From: Candidatus Parcubacteria bacterium | GTDB taxonomy: Bacteria; Patescibacteriota; Minisyncoccia; Minisyncoccales; JAGLUP01 | Assembly (NCBI GenBank): GCA_023134715.1 | Contig: JAGLUP010000002.1 | Location: 15,906 to 79,905 of the forward strand | Direction of reading: 5' to 3' | Length of the DNA stretch: 64,000 bases | Shown here: positions 18,885-28,758 of the stretch, in pieces | Layout: every line of letters begins with the position of its first letter | Position numbering within the stretch: position 1 is the stretch's first letter | Position numbers and translations under genes: made by a program | Notes under the pieces: model-generated | Told to the model about the DNA's origin: nothing | What the model saw: the letters and a program-made list of their open reading frames with translations, nothing else | The model's database searches: none

Positions 18885-20285
18885 ATGAATAAAGCATCTA
18901 ATTTAATGCAGGAGATAGTAAGTTTATGCAAAAGAAGGGGATTTATTTTTCCTTCTTCAGAAATTTACAACGGATTCAGAAGTTGCTATGACTTTGGATC
19001 TTTAGGTGTGGAATTAAAAAACAACATTAAGCAGGCCTGGTGGAAGAATATTGTCCAAAACAGACAAGATGTGGTCGGATTAGACGCTTCTATTTTAATG
19101 TCTCCAAAGGTCTGGGAGGCGTCAGGACATCTTACTGCTGGATTTGCCGATGAACTGGTAGAATGCAAAAGCTGTCATAAACGATTTAAATTAGACGAGC
19201 TTAAAGAGAATAAATGCCCGGAATGCAAAGGAGAACTAACTAAACCGCGAAAGTTTAATTTAATGATGAAAACATTTGTAGGGCCGGTAGAAGATAAAGC
19301 CGCGACCACTTATCTTCGCGCTGAAACCTGCCAGGGAATTTATATCAACTTCTTGAATGTTTTAAATTCAATGCGAATGAAAATTCCTTTCGGCATTGCC
19401 CAAATCGGCAAATCTTTTCGGAATGAGATTACACCAGGAAATTTTATCTTTCGGTTAAGAGAATTTGAGCAAATGGAAATGCAATGGTTTTGTCATCCTC
19501 CGGCTTCCAAAACCACGCGAAACAGACGCGAAACTAAACGCGAAACAGACGCGAAAAATTGGGAACCGGATGACTGGTTCAATTATTGGAAAGAAGAACG
19601 AATGAAATGGTATTTAGATTTCGGGATTAAAAAAGAAAATTTAAGAGCCGTGGAAATTCCAGAAAAAGACAGAGCTCATTACGCTAAAAGACAAATAGAT
19701 ATTGAATATAAGTTTCCTTTCGGGTGGAAAGAAGTTGAAGGAATTCATGATAGGGGGGACTGGGACTTATCTAACCATTCAAAATATAGCAAAAAAGATT
19801 TAAGTTATTTTAATGAAGCAGATAAAGAAAAATATATTCCTCATATTATTGAAACATCAGTTGGAGTAGACAGATCTCTTTTCGCTTTTTTGTGCGAAGC
19901 GTATGAAGAAGTTAAAGGCGGACGAACTAAAACCACCAAAGCGGTAAAAGAATCAGAAATGGTTTTGCGGTTAGATAAAAGATTAACCCCGATTAAAGCG
20001 AGTATTTTTCCCTTAGTGAAAAACAAGCCAGAAATTGTTAAAAAAGCAAAACAGATTTTTGATTTATTAAAACCTAATTTTATGTGCCAATACGATGAAG
20101 CCGGTTCAATCGGCCGCCGCTATCGCCGCGCAGATGAAATTGGAGTTCCTTTTGCAATTACTATTGATTTTGACACCTTAAAGCAGGACGATGTAACTAT
20201 TCGCGACCGCGACACAATGAAGCAGGAAAGAATAAAGATTGAAAACTTAGTTGAGACCCTAAAACAAAAATTAAACAGTGAATAA
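18885..20285 (+). CDS. glyQS: Glycine--tRNA ligase (dimeric class II type)
   Basis: Full-length match to the GlyRS layout (RRGFIFPSSEIY, FRNEITP, EFEQMEMQWF, ETSVGVDR, GRRYRRADEIGVP). Confidence 0.9.
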   Translation: MNKASNLMQEIVSLCKRRGFIFPSSEIYNGFRSCYDFGSLGVELKNNIKQAWWKNIVQNRQDVVGLDASILMSPKVWEASGHLTAGFADELVECKSCHKRFKLDELKENKCPECKGELTKPRKFNLMMKTFVGPVEDKAATTYLRAETCQGIYINFLNVLNSMRMKIPFGIAQIGKSFRNEITPGNFIFRLREFEQMEMQWFCHPPASKTTRNRRETKRETDAKNWEPDDWFNYWKEERMKWYLDFGIKKENLRAVEIPEKDRAHYAKRQIDIEYKFPFGWKEVEGIHDRGDWDLSNHSKYSKKDLSYFNEADKEKYIPHIIETSVGVDRSLFAFLCEAYEEVKGGRTKTTKAVKESEMVLRLDKRLTPIKASIFPLVKNKPEIVKKAKQIFDLLKPNFMCQYDEAGSIGRRYRRADEIGVPFAITIDFDTLKQDDVTIRDRDTMKQERIKIENLVETLKQKLNSE

Positions 20286-20352
20286 GTGGGGGTTGACATA
20301 ACTATTAGATAAGCTAAAATATAATTAGATAAAAAATATTTACCTAAAAAAT

Positions 20353-20691
20353 ATGAATGAAGAATTAATAAAAGACATAGAGAAACTTTTAGATAGTCAG
20401 ACTAAAAAAAATGAAGAGCTTTTAAATGAGCAGACCAAAACAATCGATGAAAGATTGAAAAAAAATGAAGAGCTTTTAAATGAGCAGACCATAGTAATTC
20501 TTTCGGCTGTGGATGAAAAATTAAAGAAAAGCGAAGAAAGAATTAATAAAAAGATTGAAGAATTAATCACAACGATTGATGGATTTGTAAAACGTCTTTC
20601 TGATACAGACCAGGAATTTACTTTTATGAAAGAAGATGTAAATAGAATTAAACAAGTTCTCAAAGAAAAACTCGGCGTAGATTTAACTTAA
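20353..20691 (+). CDS. Hypothetical coiled-coil protein with internal duplication
   Basis: KKNEELLNEQT is repeated 19 aa apart. No motif recognised. Confidence 0.5.
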   Translation: MNEELIKDIEKLLDSQTKKNEELLNEQTKTIDERLKKNEELLNEQTIVILSAVDEKLKKSEERINKKIEELITTIDGFVKRLSDTDQEFTFMKEDVNRIKQVLKEKLGVDLT

Positions 20692-20720
20692 TCCCGCGCA
20701 ATAGTAATCAATAATTTAAT

Positions 20721-20746
20721 CTCCCGACTTGTCGGGGGTTTTTTAT
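20721..20746 (+). terminator. Intrinsic terminator
   Basis: CCCGAC-tt-GTCGGG followed by GGTTTTTTATTTTTT. Confidence 0.7.
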
Positions 20747-20791
20747 TTTTTGAATTATGTGATATTATTATAAGCAATTATAAGCAAACTT

Positions 20792-22525
20792 ATGGAAATT
20801 TTAGAGGATATAAAAATTATTTGGGAATATCTCAGAAAGTATAAAAAAGAGGTTAAGAAAACCGCTGTTTTAGCTGTGGTTCTTTCAGTAATAACCGCTT
20901 TTATACCATATATTTACGGCCGCTTAGTGGATATAGTTTCTACCGAACCATCTCCTGATTTTCTTATTTTATCTTTATTGGGAATTTGGATTTTGATGAG
21001 TTTATGTTCAGCTATTTTTAAAAAAATCGTTTGCACAAGGGGTAATTTTATTTCTGCCGATATTCTTGCTGATTTTATATACGAAAAAGCAAGCCACATT
21101 ATAAATCTTCCCTCGGATTTTCACCGGGAAAAAAGAAGCGGCGAACTTCTTTCAAAAATTAACAGAGCGAGCGAGCTTTTGCGACTGATTATTAGCGATG
21201 TTGTCTTTTGGATTCTTCCTCAATTTCTAACTGTTTTTATGGGAATTTTAATTTTATTTTTCATAGATCCACGGCTGTCTTTGGGGGTTTTGCTTGTTTT
21301 CTTTTTTTCAATAACGATTACTCTTTATAAAACACCTCCTGTTTTAAAAGCAGAGAAAACATTAAATAAAAACTTTAATAAAAGTTTAGGAATTTTAAAT
21401 GATTCTTTTTTAAATATTCAGACAATAAAATCCTGCGCAGCAGAAAATTTTCAAAAAAAGAAAATTAAAAACATTTACCAAAAAGAGCTAACTTCAGATT
21501 TTAAAAAAATTTTTGGTCTTTGGGATGAAACTATTTTATTTCAAGAAATTATTTTTTCTCTAGGCTTTGTTGTAATTTTTGGATATGCTATTTATCTTTT
21601 AAAAATTGGAGAGATTTCAACAGGAAAGTTAATAATGTTTCTGGGTTATTTCAATCTTACTCAAGCCCCGCTAAGATCTCTTCTTTGGCTGTGGCTTTCC
21701 TTTCAAAAAGGACTGACTACAATTAAAGAAGCAAGAAAGCTTTTAAAAATAAAACCTGAAAATTATAATGCAAAAGGCAAAACTTTGGAAAAAGTTGATG
21801 GAAAAGTTGAATTTAAAAATATAGGTTTTAGATATCCGGGCAAGACATTGGTTTTAGATAATATAAGCTTTGAAGTTTTGCCGGGCGAAAAAATTGCTAT
21901 TGTCGGCGGAAGCGGCGAAGGAAAAACAACCATGGTGGATTTGCTTTCTCTTTATTTTATTCCGGCGAAAGGAAAAATTTTAATTGACGGCATAGATATT
22001 AAAAAATTTAATCTTCAATTTTTAAGAAATATGATTGCCTATGTTCCTCAGGAAATAATGCTTTTTAACGATACAATTAAAAATAATATCTTATACGGAA
22101 AACCAAAGGCAGAAGATAAGGAAATTATACAGGCGGCAAAAGCCGCTAACATTCATAATTTTATTAAATCCCTGCCCAAAAAATATGATACTTTAGTCGG
22201 AGAGCGGGGGATTAAGCTTTCCACCGGACAAAAACAGCGATTAGCCATTGCCCGGGCTTTAATCCGCGACCCTAAAATTTTAATTTTAGACGAAGCAACT
22301 TCTTCTTTAGACACTGAATCAGAAAAACTTATTCAGGAGGCATTAGAACGATTGATAAAAAACAAAACAACTTTTATAGTCGCGCATCGCTTAAGCACAG
22401 TGAAAGAAGCGGATAAAATTTTAGTATTGGAAAAGGGAAAAATTATTGAGCAGGGGACTCACAATCAATTAATCAAGAAAAAAGGCGCTTATTTCAAATT
22501 TTACTCCCTCCAGTTTAAAAAATAA
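20792..22525 (+). CDS. ABC exporter, fused permease/ATPase (MsbA-like)
   Basis: N-terminal six-TM domain. Walker A GGSGEGKTT, signature LSTGQKQR, Walker B ILILDEATS. Confidence 0.9.
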   Translation: MEILEDIKIIWEYLRKYKKEVKKTAVLAVVLSVITAFIPYIYGRLVDIVSTEPSPDFLILSLLGIWILMSLCSAIFKKIVCTRGNFISADILADFIYEKASHIINLPSDFHREKRSGELLSKINRASELLRLIISDVVFWILPQFLTVFMGILILFFIDPRLSLGVLLVFFFSITITLYKTPPVLKAEKTLNKNFNKSLGILNDSFLNIQTIKSCAAENFQKKKIKNIYQKELTSDFKKIFGLWDETILFQEIIFSLGFVVIFGYAIYLLKIGEISTGKLIMFLGYFNLTQAPLRSLLWLWLSFQKGLTTIKEARKLLKIKPENYNAKGKTLEKVDGKVEFKNIGFRYPGKTLVLDNISFEVLPGEKIAIVGGSGEGKTTMVDLLSLYFIPAKGKILIDGIDIKKFNLQFLRNMIAYVPQEIMLFNDTIKNNILYGKPKAEDKEIIQAAKAANIHNFIKSLPKKYDTLVGERGIKLSTGQKQRLAIARALIRDPKILILDEATSSLDTESEKLIQEALERLIKNKTTFIVAHRLSTVKEADKILVLEKGKIIEQGTHNQLIKKKGAYFKFYSLQFKK

Positions 22526-22530
22526 AAACA

Positions 22531-23097
22531 ATGAAAGAAATAGAGATATTAGTTCAAGTTTTAGAAAAAATAGATACAGCGAAGAAAAAATTAAACGATT
22601 CGCTCAAATATATTGGCGATAAAGATATTATAGATTTTTATTTCTATAATCCTTTAAAGTATAAAATAGATCCAAGCGATGAGCATCCTCTTAAAGAGAT
22701 AATCAGAGTTAGAAAAGCGAACAATAAGTCCTTTATCACATATAAAAAGAACAAGTTTGATGAAAAAGGAAATTGGCTTTACTCTGACGAAGAAGAAGTT
22801 GAAGTAAGTAATTCTCAATCAGCAATTAAAATAATAAAAAAATTAGGATTTAAAGCCCTAATAGAAGTGAAAAACACTAAATCAGTATTTGTAAATGATA
22901 AATATGAAGTTGTTTTAGAAAAAGTAAAAGATTTAGGTTATTTCCTGGAAGTTGAAATCAGAAATCCAACTAAGGATATAAATGTTGAAAGCGCTAAAAA
23001 CGGCATTCGGCAATTTATAAAAGATTTAAACATTAAGGTCGGGAAAGAATTAAACATTGGCAAGCCTGAGCTAATGTTAAAGAAAAAATTAATTTGA
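22531..23097 (+). CDS. CYTH-like domain protein (triphosphate tunnel metalloenzyme / class IV adenylate cyclase family)
   Basis: N-terminal EIEIL (ExExK-like) and C-terminal GYFLEVEI. Size is typical for the family. Confidence 0.5.
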   Translation: MKEIEILVQVLEKIDTAKKKLNDSLKYIGDKDIIDFYFYNPLKYKIDPSDEHPLKEIIRVRKANNKSFITYKKNKFDEKGNWLYSDEEEVEVSNSQSAIKIIKKLGFKALIEVKNTKSVFVNDKYEVVLEKVKDLGYFLEVEIRNPTKDINVESAKNGIRQFIKDLNIKVGKELNIGKPELMLKKKLI

Positions 23098-23157
23098 TTG
23101 ACAATTTGAGAAAAGTTTGAAAAAATAGGCTAACAAGGAAAATTATTAGAATTCTAA
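23098..23157 (+). promoter_or_regulatory. Promoter-like block upstream of trpS (short copy of the 24398/25835 repeat)
   Basis: TTGACAATTTGAGAAAAGTTTGAAAAAATAGG..ATTATTAGAATTCTA aligns with the first ~60 nt of the two longer copies. Confidence 0.4.
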
Positions 23158-23167
23158 AAAAATAAAT

Positions 23168-24196
23168 ATGAATTTAAAACAAAAAATTCTTACGGGAATG
23201 CGTCCAACGGGTCTCTTGCATTTAGGACATTATGTTGGAGCTTTAGAAAATTGGATTAAACTACAAGACGACTATGAATGTTATTTTCTTATTTCCGACT
23301 ATCAAGCACTCGGTGATCATGTAAATGAGATAGAAAAAATTAGAAAATCAGTAATTGATATGGTTCTAGATTGGATGTCGGTAGGACTTGATCCAAAAAA
23401 ATCAGTATTTATTGTGCAAAGTTATGTTCCAGAACATGCTGAATTGGCTTTATTATTAAGTATGATTATTCCTATTGCATATATTGAACGAAATCCAACA
23501 TTAAAAACAGAAATGAATCAATTAAGCAAAAAAGATATTTCACTAGGATTTTTTAATTACCCAGCAAGCCAAGTGGCAGATATCCTACTTCCAAAAGCTC
23601 ATCTTGTTCCTGTCGGCGAAGACCAAATTCCACACATTGAACTTACGCGACAAATAGCAAGAAAATTTAATAAATTATACAAAGACATTTTTCCTATACC
23701 AGAGCCTCTTGTTGGACGTATTTCTAGATTAGTTGGCACTGATGGAAAAGCTAAAATGAGTAAAAGTTTGGGAAACTGTATTTATCTATCTGATTCAAAG
23801 GAAACCGTTGAAAAAAAAGTAATGAAAATGTATACAGACCCAAAACGAATTCATGCCACGAGTCCAGGACATGTAAAAAATAATCCCGTTTTCATTTATC
23901 TTGATGCGTTTCATAAAGATATAAAACAACTTGAAGAGCTTAAAATAAAATATAAAAAAGGAACAATTGGCGATGTAGAAGTAAAAAAAATCCTTATAAA
24001 AACATTAAATGATTTTCTTGACCCAATTCGCAAACGAAGAATTTATTATAATGCTCACCCAGAAAAAGTTAAAGAAGCTATTGTCCAAGGAACATTACGA
24101 GCGAAAGATATAGCAAGAGAGACAATGAAAGAAGTAAGAAAAGCTATGAAAATTACTAATTACGAAGATGTTGTTATAAGAGCAACCAACCTGTAG
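23168..24196 (+). CDS. trpS: Tryptophan--tRNA ligase
   Basis: HIGH-type motif TGLLHLGHYVG and a KMSKS motif. Length is 342 aa. Confidence 0.9.
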   Translation: MNLKQKILTGMRPTGLLHLGHYVGALENWIKLQDDYECYFLISDYQALGDHVNEIEKIRKSVIDMVLDWMSVGLDPKKSVFIVQSYVPEHAELALLLSMIIPIAYIERNPTLKTEMNQLSKKDISLGFFNYPASQVADILLPKAHLVPVGEDQIPHIELTRQIARKFNKLYKDIFPIPEPLVGRISRLVGTDGKAKMSKSLGNCIYLSDSKETVEKKVMKMYTDPKRIHATSPGHVKNNPVFIYLDAFHKDIKQLEELKIKYKKGTIGDVEVKKILIKTLNDFLDPIRKRRIYYNAHPEKVKEAIVQGTLRAKDIARETMKEVRKAMKITNYEDVVIRATNL

Positions 24197-24397
24197 CATA
24201 AACCCTGTCTCGGCAGGCAACGGAATTAGAAAGGAATCGCAATCCAAGTAAAATTCCGGGTGGGATTTTGTTCATTATAAATTTGATAATTTATATAAGC
24301 GACCCAGCAAGTCCTAAAACTGCTCTTTTTTGTTTGAAAAAATTTGCATTCGTTCCTGTAGCTAAGCTACAGGAAAAGCTACAGGAAAATATATTTG

Positions 24398-24558
24398 TTG
24401 ACAATTTGGGGAAAGTTTGGGAAAATAGGGGAATGAGGAAGATTATTAGAATTCTAACTAAAATGGAGGAAAATTTTAATTTAAAGCTTTAACAGAAAAG
24501 CCCAACATTTGATGTTGGGCTTTTAATTAAAGGACGGTTCGTTTGTTTAAGAACTATT
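24398..24558 (+). repeat. ~160-bp promoter-leader-terminator unit, copy b (upstream of the GGR gene)
   Basis: Near-identical to 25835-25997. It contains TTGACA, a conserved ~75-nt segment and the terminator AAAAGCCCAAC-atttgat-GTTGGGCTTTT. Confidence 0.8.
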
Positions 24559-24604
24559 TTTGTAGTAAAATCAGAATAAAAAATTAGTTAAAGCAAAACA
24601 AACT

Positions 24605-25795
24605 ATGAGAGATGTTATTATTGTAGGGGCGGGTCCGGCTGGAACCTCAACTGCTACTTTTTTGGGAAAAAAGGGGTATGATGTTTTACTTTTGGAAAAA
24701 GAAAAATTTCCTCGGGATAAAATTTGCGGTGATGGCATAGGACCTACTTCATTGAAGTATTTAAAAGAAATGGGGATTTACGATGAATTATTTAAAGAAT
24801 TTCAGATTATCAATTCTGCGCTTCTTTCTTCACCATCTGGAAATGAAGTTAATGTAAAAATACCAGGTAGTAAGGCGTTAATAATCCCTCGTAAAAAATT
24901 AGATTATATTTTAGTTAAACATTCGGTCAAATCTGGAGTAGAATTAATTGAAAAATTTGAAGTTAAAGAGCCCCTAGTAGAAAATGATAAAATTATTGGA
25001 ATAAAAGGAATATATAGAAATAAAGAAGAGATTATTAAATCTAAAATTGTTGTTGCGGCTGATGGAACCCACTCAATTATTGGTAAAAGATTAACTGAAA
25101 AAGGACGAAAGTCAAAAAACAGATATTCAGCTATTGCTATAAGGACTTATTTTGATAATGTTGAAGATCTAAAAGATTGCGCAGAAATACATTATGAAAA
25201 ATCTATTCTTCCAGGTTACGGCTGGATATTTCCAATAAATGAAACTTCAGCCAATGTAGGGATAGCAATGAATTATAAACGTTATAAAAAACAAAATAAA
25301 ACAATAATCCAATTATTTTATGATTTCATTAATAACAATGAATACGCTAAAAGAAAATTAAAAAATGCAAAAATGAGACAGCCCTTAAGTGGATGGATGC
25401 TTTCCTATGATGCTCACTTAAATAAAAAATATCATTCTGGAGTTCTTTTTGTTGGAGATGCCGCTTCTCTTGTTGATCCCTTATCTGGGGAAGGAATAGC
25501 TAATGCTTTATTGAGCGGCAAATTAGCTGCTCAAGCCATAGATTCAACTCTAAAAACGAATGATTTTTCTTGTCTTGAAAACTACCCTAAGCAATGGAAT
25601 AAATCAATGAACCCAAACCTTAATGCGGGTTTATTATTAGAATATATAATGTCTTATCCTTTTATAATCAACCGTTTTATTAAAAAAGCTACCCGAGATG
25701 AAGGATTGGCCCAAATCTTAGCCAGTTGTATTGCCGGCACTTTTCCTAAAACAAAAATGTTCTCGTTTAATGCAATAAGAAGAATAATATTTTAA
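24605..25795 (+). CDS. Geranylgeranyl reductase family FAD-dependent oxidoreductase
   Basis: VIIVGAGPAGTSTA dinucleotide fold, RDKICGDGI and GDAASLVDPLSGEGI motifs. Confidence 0.85.
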   Translation: MRDVIIVGAGPAGTSTATFLGKKGYDVLLLEKEKFPRDKICGDGIGPTSLKYLKEMGIYDELFKEFQIINSALLSSPSGNEVNVKIPGSKALIIPRKKLDYILVKHSVKSGVELIEKFEVKEPLVENDKIIGIKGIYRNKEEIIKSKIVVAADGTHSIIGKRLTEKGRKSKNRYSAIAIRTYFDNVEDLKDCAEIHYEKSILPGYGWIFPINETSANVGIAMNYKRYKKQNKTIIQLFYDFINNNEYAKRKLKNAKMRQPLSGWMLSYDAHLNKKYHSGVLFVGDAASLVDPLSGEGIANALLSGKLAAQAIDSTLKTNDFSCLENYPKQWNKSMNPNLNAGLLLEYIMSYPFIINRFIKKATRDEGLAQILASCIAGTFPKTKMFSFNAIRRIIF

Positions 25796-25834
25796 AAAAA
25801 ATTAAATATTCATCATTCACTATAAAGAATTTCA

Positions 25835-25997
25835 TTGACAATAGAGCAAAAGTTTGGGAAAATAGGGGAATGAGGAAGATTATTAGAATTCTAACTAAAA
25901 TGGAGGAAAATTTTAATTTAAAGCTTTAAACAGAAAAGCCCAACATTTGATGTTGGGCTTTTAATTAAAGGACGGTCCGTTTGTTTAAGAACTATTT
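25835..25997 (+). repeat. ~160-bp promoter-leader-terminator unit, copy c (upstream of the terpene-synthase-like gene)
   Basis: Near-identical to 24398-24558. Confidence 0.8.
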
Positions 25998-26044
25998 GGG
26001 GAAAAAGAGCTTAAAATAAAAAGAGACCGTCCTAATAAGTCGCC

Positions 26045-26983
26045 ATGGCAAATTCATCTTATCAGAAGGATAAATCTCTGTCAATTGGGGAAAACTCTAT
26101 TAGATATTTGTATAAAGAGTTTGATAAAGAATATTTAAATTATTACAAAAAACAAGTGGTGGAGTTTCAAAAAAAATATCCTGATATCACCAATAAAAAT
26201 AGGCGAACAGGAAAATCTTTAAAAAACATTTGTTTTTTTATTTGGCATTACACTGATGGAGAAAAAGGCAAGGTGTTTGACTTGCTTTTTGATACTTCAG
26301 TACTACTTTCGGCTCAAGACGATTTTTTAGATAATCCTCAAATTGATTATCAAAATAAAGAGAAATTTCACTCTGTTTGTAAGGATTTGCTTAACGGCAA
26401 AAATTGTAATTTAACTAAGATTGATACGGCACAACTTCAAGAGCTGATATCGCTTTGGAAAACAATAATTAAAAAAATTAAGAATTCTTCATCTCGGGGA
26501 GTTTATCTTTATTGGAAAAAAACTGCTGAACAAATGAATGAAGCAATGAAAAAAGAAGTTTATCTATCAAAGAACCAAAGAGTTGCTTTCGATGATTATA
26601 TAAAAAAAGCGGTATACAGCATAGGAGCTATTTTTATTTGGACTACTTATCTCATAATAAAAAAAGCGCCTATCAGCACTTTGGAAAAATTAAAACCTAT
26701 TTTTTTGAGAGGAGCTATAATAGCTCGATTTAGTAATGATATATGTAGTTATAGAAAAAATAAAAATAAAATTAATGCAGTAAATATAATTATGAATAAA
26801 AAAAATTCTGAAAAATACATTTTAGGCCTAATTAGAAAAGAAAAACAAAAATTAAATAAAGATTTGGAGGGATTACAAATAGAGAAATGGATTAAACAAG
26901 CAATACAGCGCTCTACTGATTTTTTAATTGAATTTTACAAAAACTCAGATTTTACAAAAACTTTTTCTAAAAAAGAAAATTAA
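26045..26983 (+). CDS. Class I terpene-synthase-like protein (tentative)
   Basis: Helical 312-aa protein with an Asp-rich motif AQDDFLD (DDxxD) and a downstream NDICSYRKN resembling the NSE/DTE metal-binding motif. Confidence 0.4.
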   Translation: MANSSYQKDKSLSIGENSIRYLYKEFDKEYLNYYKKQVVEFQKKYPDITNKNRRTGKSLKNICFFIWHYTDGEKGKVFDLLFDTSVLLSAQDDFLDNPQIDYQNKEKFHSVCKDLLNGKNCNLTKIDTAQLQELISLWKTIIKKIKNSSSRGVYLYWKKTAEQMNEAMKKEVYLSKNQRVAFDDYIKKAVYSIGAIFIWTTYLIIKKAPISTLEKLKPIFLRGAIIARFSNDICSYRKNKNKINAVNIIMNKKNSEKYILGLIRKEKQKLNKDLEGLQIEKWIKQAIQRSTDFLIEFYKNSDFTKTFSKKEN

Positions 26984-27127
26984 ATTAAACTTAAGAAATT
27001 TTTCCCTCACATTTTTTAGCGTGAGATTTTTATTTTCCTTTATTTTTGAGTTTAGTTGTAGCAAGCCCCGTATTAAGTATTGAAAAAATCGCTGGTGCGA
27101 GGTAAAATTATATAAAGGATTGAAATT

Positions 27128-28696
27128 ATGGATTTGGCCTTGATTCACAAGATAATTGTTATGTTAATTGACGCTATTGGATTATGGCTGGCTTTTTGGG
27201 TTTTATCTGCTAATCGGAAATCGAAAGTTAATCAGATGTTCTTTCTGATGACAATTTTTATTCTTTTATGGATAACCCTTTGTTATTTTAGCGGAACACT
27301 AATACATAATTTAGAACTATCTTTATTCTTGGGTAGATTAGCGTATGGCACAACTATTCTTTTTTTTATCCCATTTTATTTTTTCTCTCTTAGTTTTGTG
27401 GAAAAAAAGGAAAGATTTTTACTTCTAAAAATACTTATTCCAATTAGCAGTTTAATACTTTTTTTATTTTCTGTTTTTACAGATTTTATGGCTGTGTATA
27501 TGACACCTACAAAATTTGGTGTTGTGCCCATATTAGGGCAAGGAAAATTTATTTATTTTGGATTTGTATTGTTTGTAACCTTATTAGTTATAATCCGACT
27601 TTTTAAAAAATACTTTAAATCATTAAGGAAAGAAAAACTTAAGGTTCAATATTTTTTAGTTGGTCTTTTTATTTTTATAGTGGCAAACCTTATTTTTAAT
27701 GTCATTTTACCTTTTGGGCAAAAAATTCCTCAATATTATTATATTGGCAACTATTCAGTTGTTTTTTTGCTTGGGTTTACGGCTTATGCGATTGTAAAGC
27801 AAGAATTATTTGAAATAAAGGTTGTTTTAACTTCACTTCTTGTGGGATTGATTGCTATTTTACTTTTGATAAATACTTTGGTTTCTCAAACAACTTTTGA
27901 ATATGCATGGAAAGGAGCCATTTTTGTTTTATTCTTGGTTTTTGGCCAAATGCTTATTAAAAACATAACAGGAGAAGTAAAAAGAAGAGAAGAAGTAGAA
28001 AAAATATCTAATGCAAAATCAGAGTTTATTTCTATTGCTTCGCATCAGTTAAGAGCGCCTCTAACTGCTGTAAAAGGATATATTTCAATGCTGGTTGAGG
28101 GAACTTATGGAAACTTACCCAGAAAAGCTCTTATGCCTATGAAAAACGTTTATACGTCAAATGAAAGGTTGCTAAATCTTGTTGAAAATCTTTTAAATGT
28201 CTCTCGAATTGAATCAGGCAGGATAGAGATGAATTATAAAGAAACCTCTTTGGAAGATTTAATTTCTTCTGTTATTAAAGAAATGAAAATTAACGCGCGA
28301 GAAAAAAAGATTTATTTAAAATTTGAAAAATCGAAAAAACCTTTGCCTAAAATTAATATTGACCCGCAGAAAATAAGGCAAGTTGTTTTGAATTTGATTG
28401 ACAATGCTATCCACTACACAAAAAAAGGAGGAATAATAATAAAAATTAAGATACAAGATAGTAAATACCAGATACAAATAATAGATACAGGGGAGGGGAT
28501 GACTAAGGAGGAATTGGGAAAGGTTTTTCAAAGCTTTTCCCGCGGCACGGCAGGCAACCGATTCTGGACTGAAGGAGCAGGTTTGGGCTTATACATTGCT
28601 CGCAAGTTCGTGGAAATGCACAAGGGCAAAATCTGGGCAGAGTCAAAGGGCAGGTCCAAAGGCAGCCAGTTTTATGTGGAGCTGCCAGCGAAATAA
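27128..28696 (+). CDS. Sensor histidine kinase with polytopic N-terminal membrane domain
   Basis: HisKA H-box SIASHQLRAPLT. HATPase motifs are NLIDNAIHYT, DTGEGM and GAGLGLYIA. Confidence 0.9.
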   Translation: MDLALIHKIIVMLIDAIGLWLAFWVLSANRKSKVNQMFFLMTIFILLWITLCYFSGTLIHNLELSLFLGRLAYGTTILFFIPFYFFSLSFVEKKERFLLLKILIPISSLILFLFSVFTDFMAVYMTPTKFGVVPILGQGKFIYFGFVLFVTLLVIIRLFKKYFKSLRKEKLKVQYFLVGLFIFIVANLIFNVILPFGQKIPQYYYIGNYSVVFLLGFTAYAIVKQELFEIKVVLTSLLVGLIAILLLINTLVSQTTFEYAWKGAIFVLFLVFGQMLIKNITGEVKRREEVEKISNAKSEFISIASHQLRAPLTAVKGYISMLVEGTYGNLPRKALMPMKNVYTSNERLLNLVENLLNVSRIESGRIEMNYKETSLEDLISSVIKEMKINAREKKIYLKFEKSKKPLPKINIDPQKIRQVVLNLIDNAIHYTKKGGIIIKIKIQDSKYQIQIIDTGEGMTKEELGKVFQSFSRGTAGNRFWTEGAGLGLYIARKFVEMHKGKIWAESKGRSKGSQFYVELPAK

Positions 28697-28758
28697 TTTA
28701 AAATTTATGATACCGAGCTAATGAAAATATTTCAAAAGTCACAAAAATTATCTATAAT

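Noticed and set aside
24268-24492. 74-aa ORF between trpS and the GGR gene.
   Set aside because: It runs through the duplicated promoter-leader unit and a palindrome, and it has no SD. The conservation is explained by the non-coding repeat.
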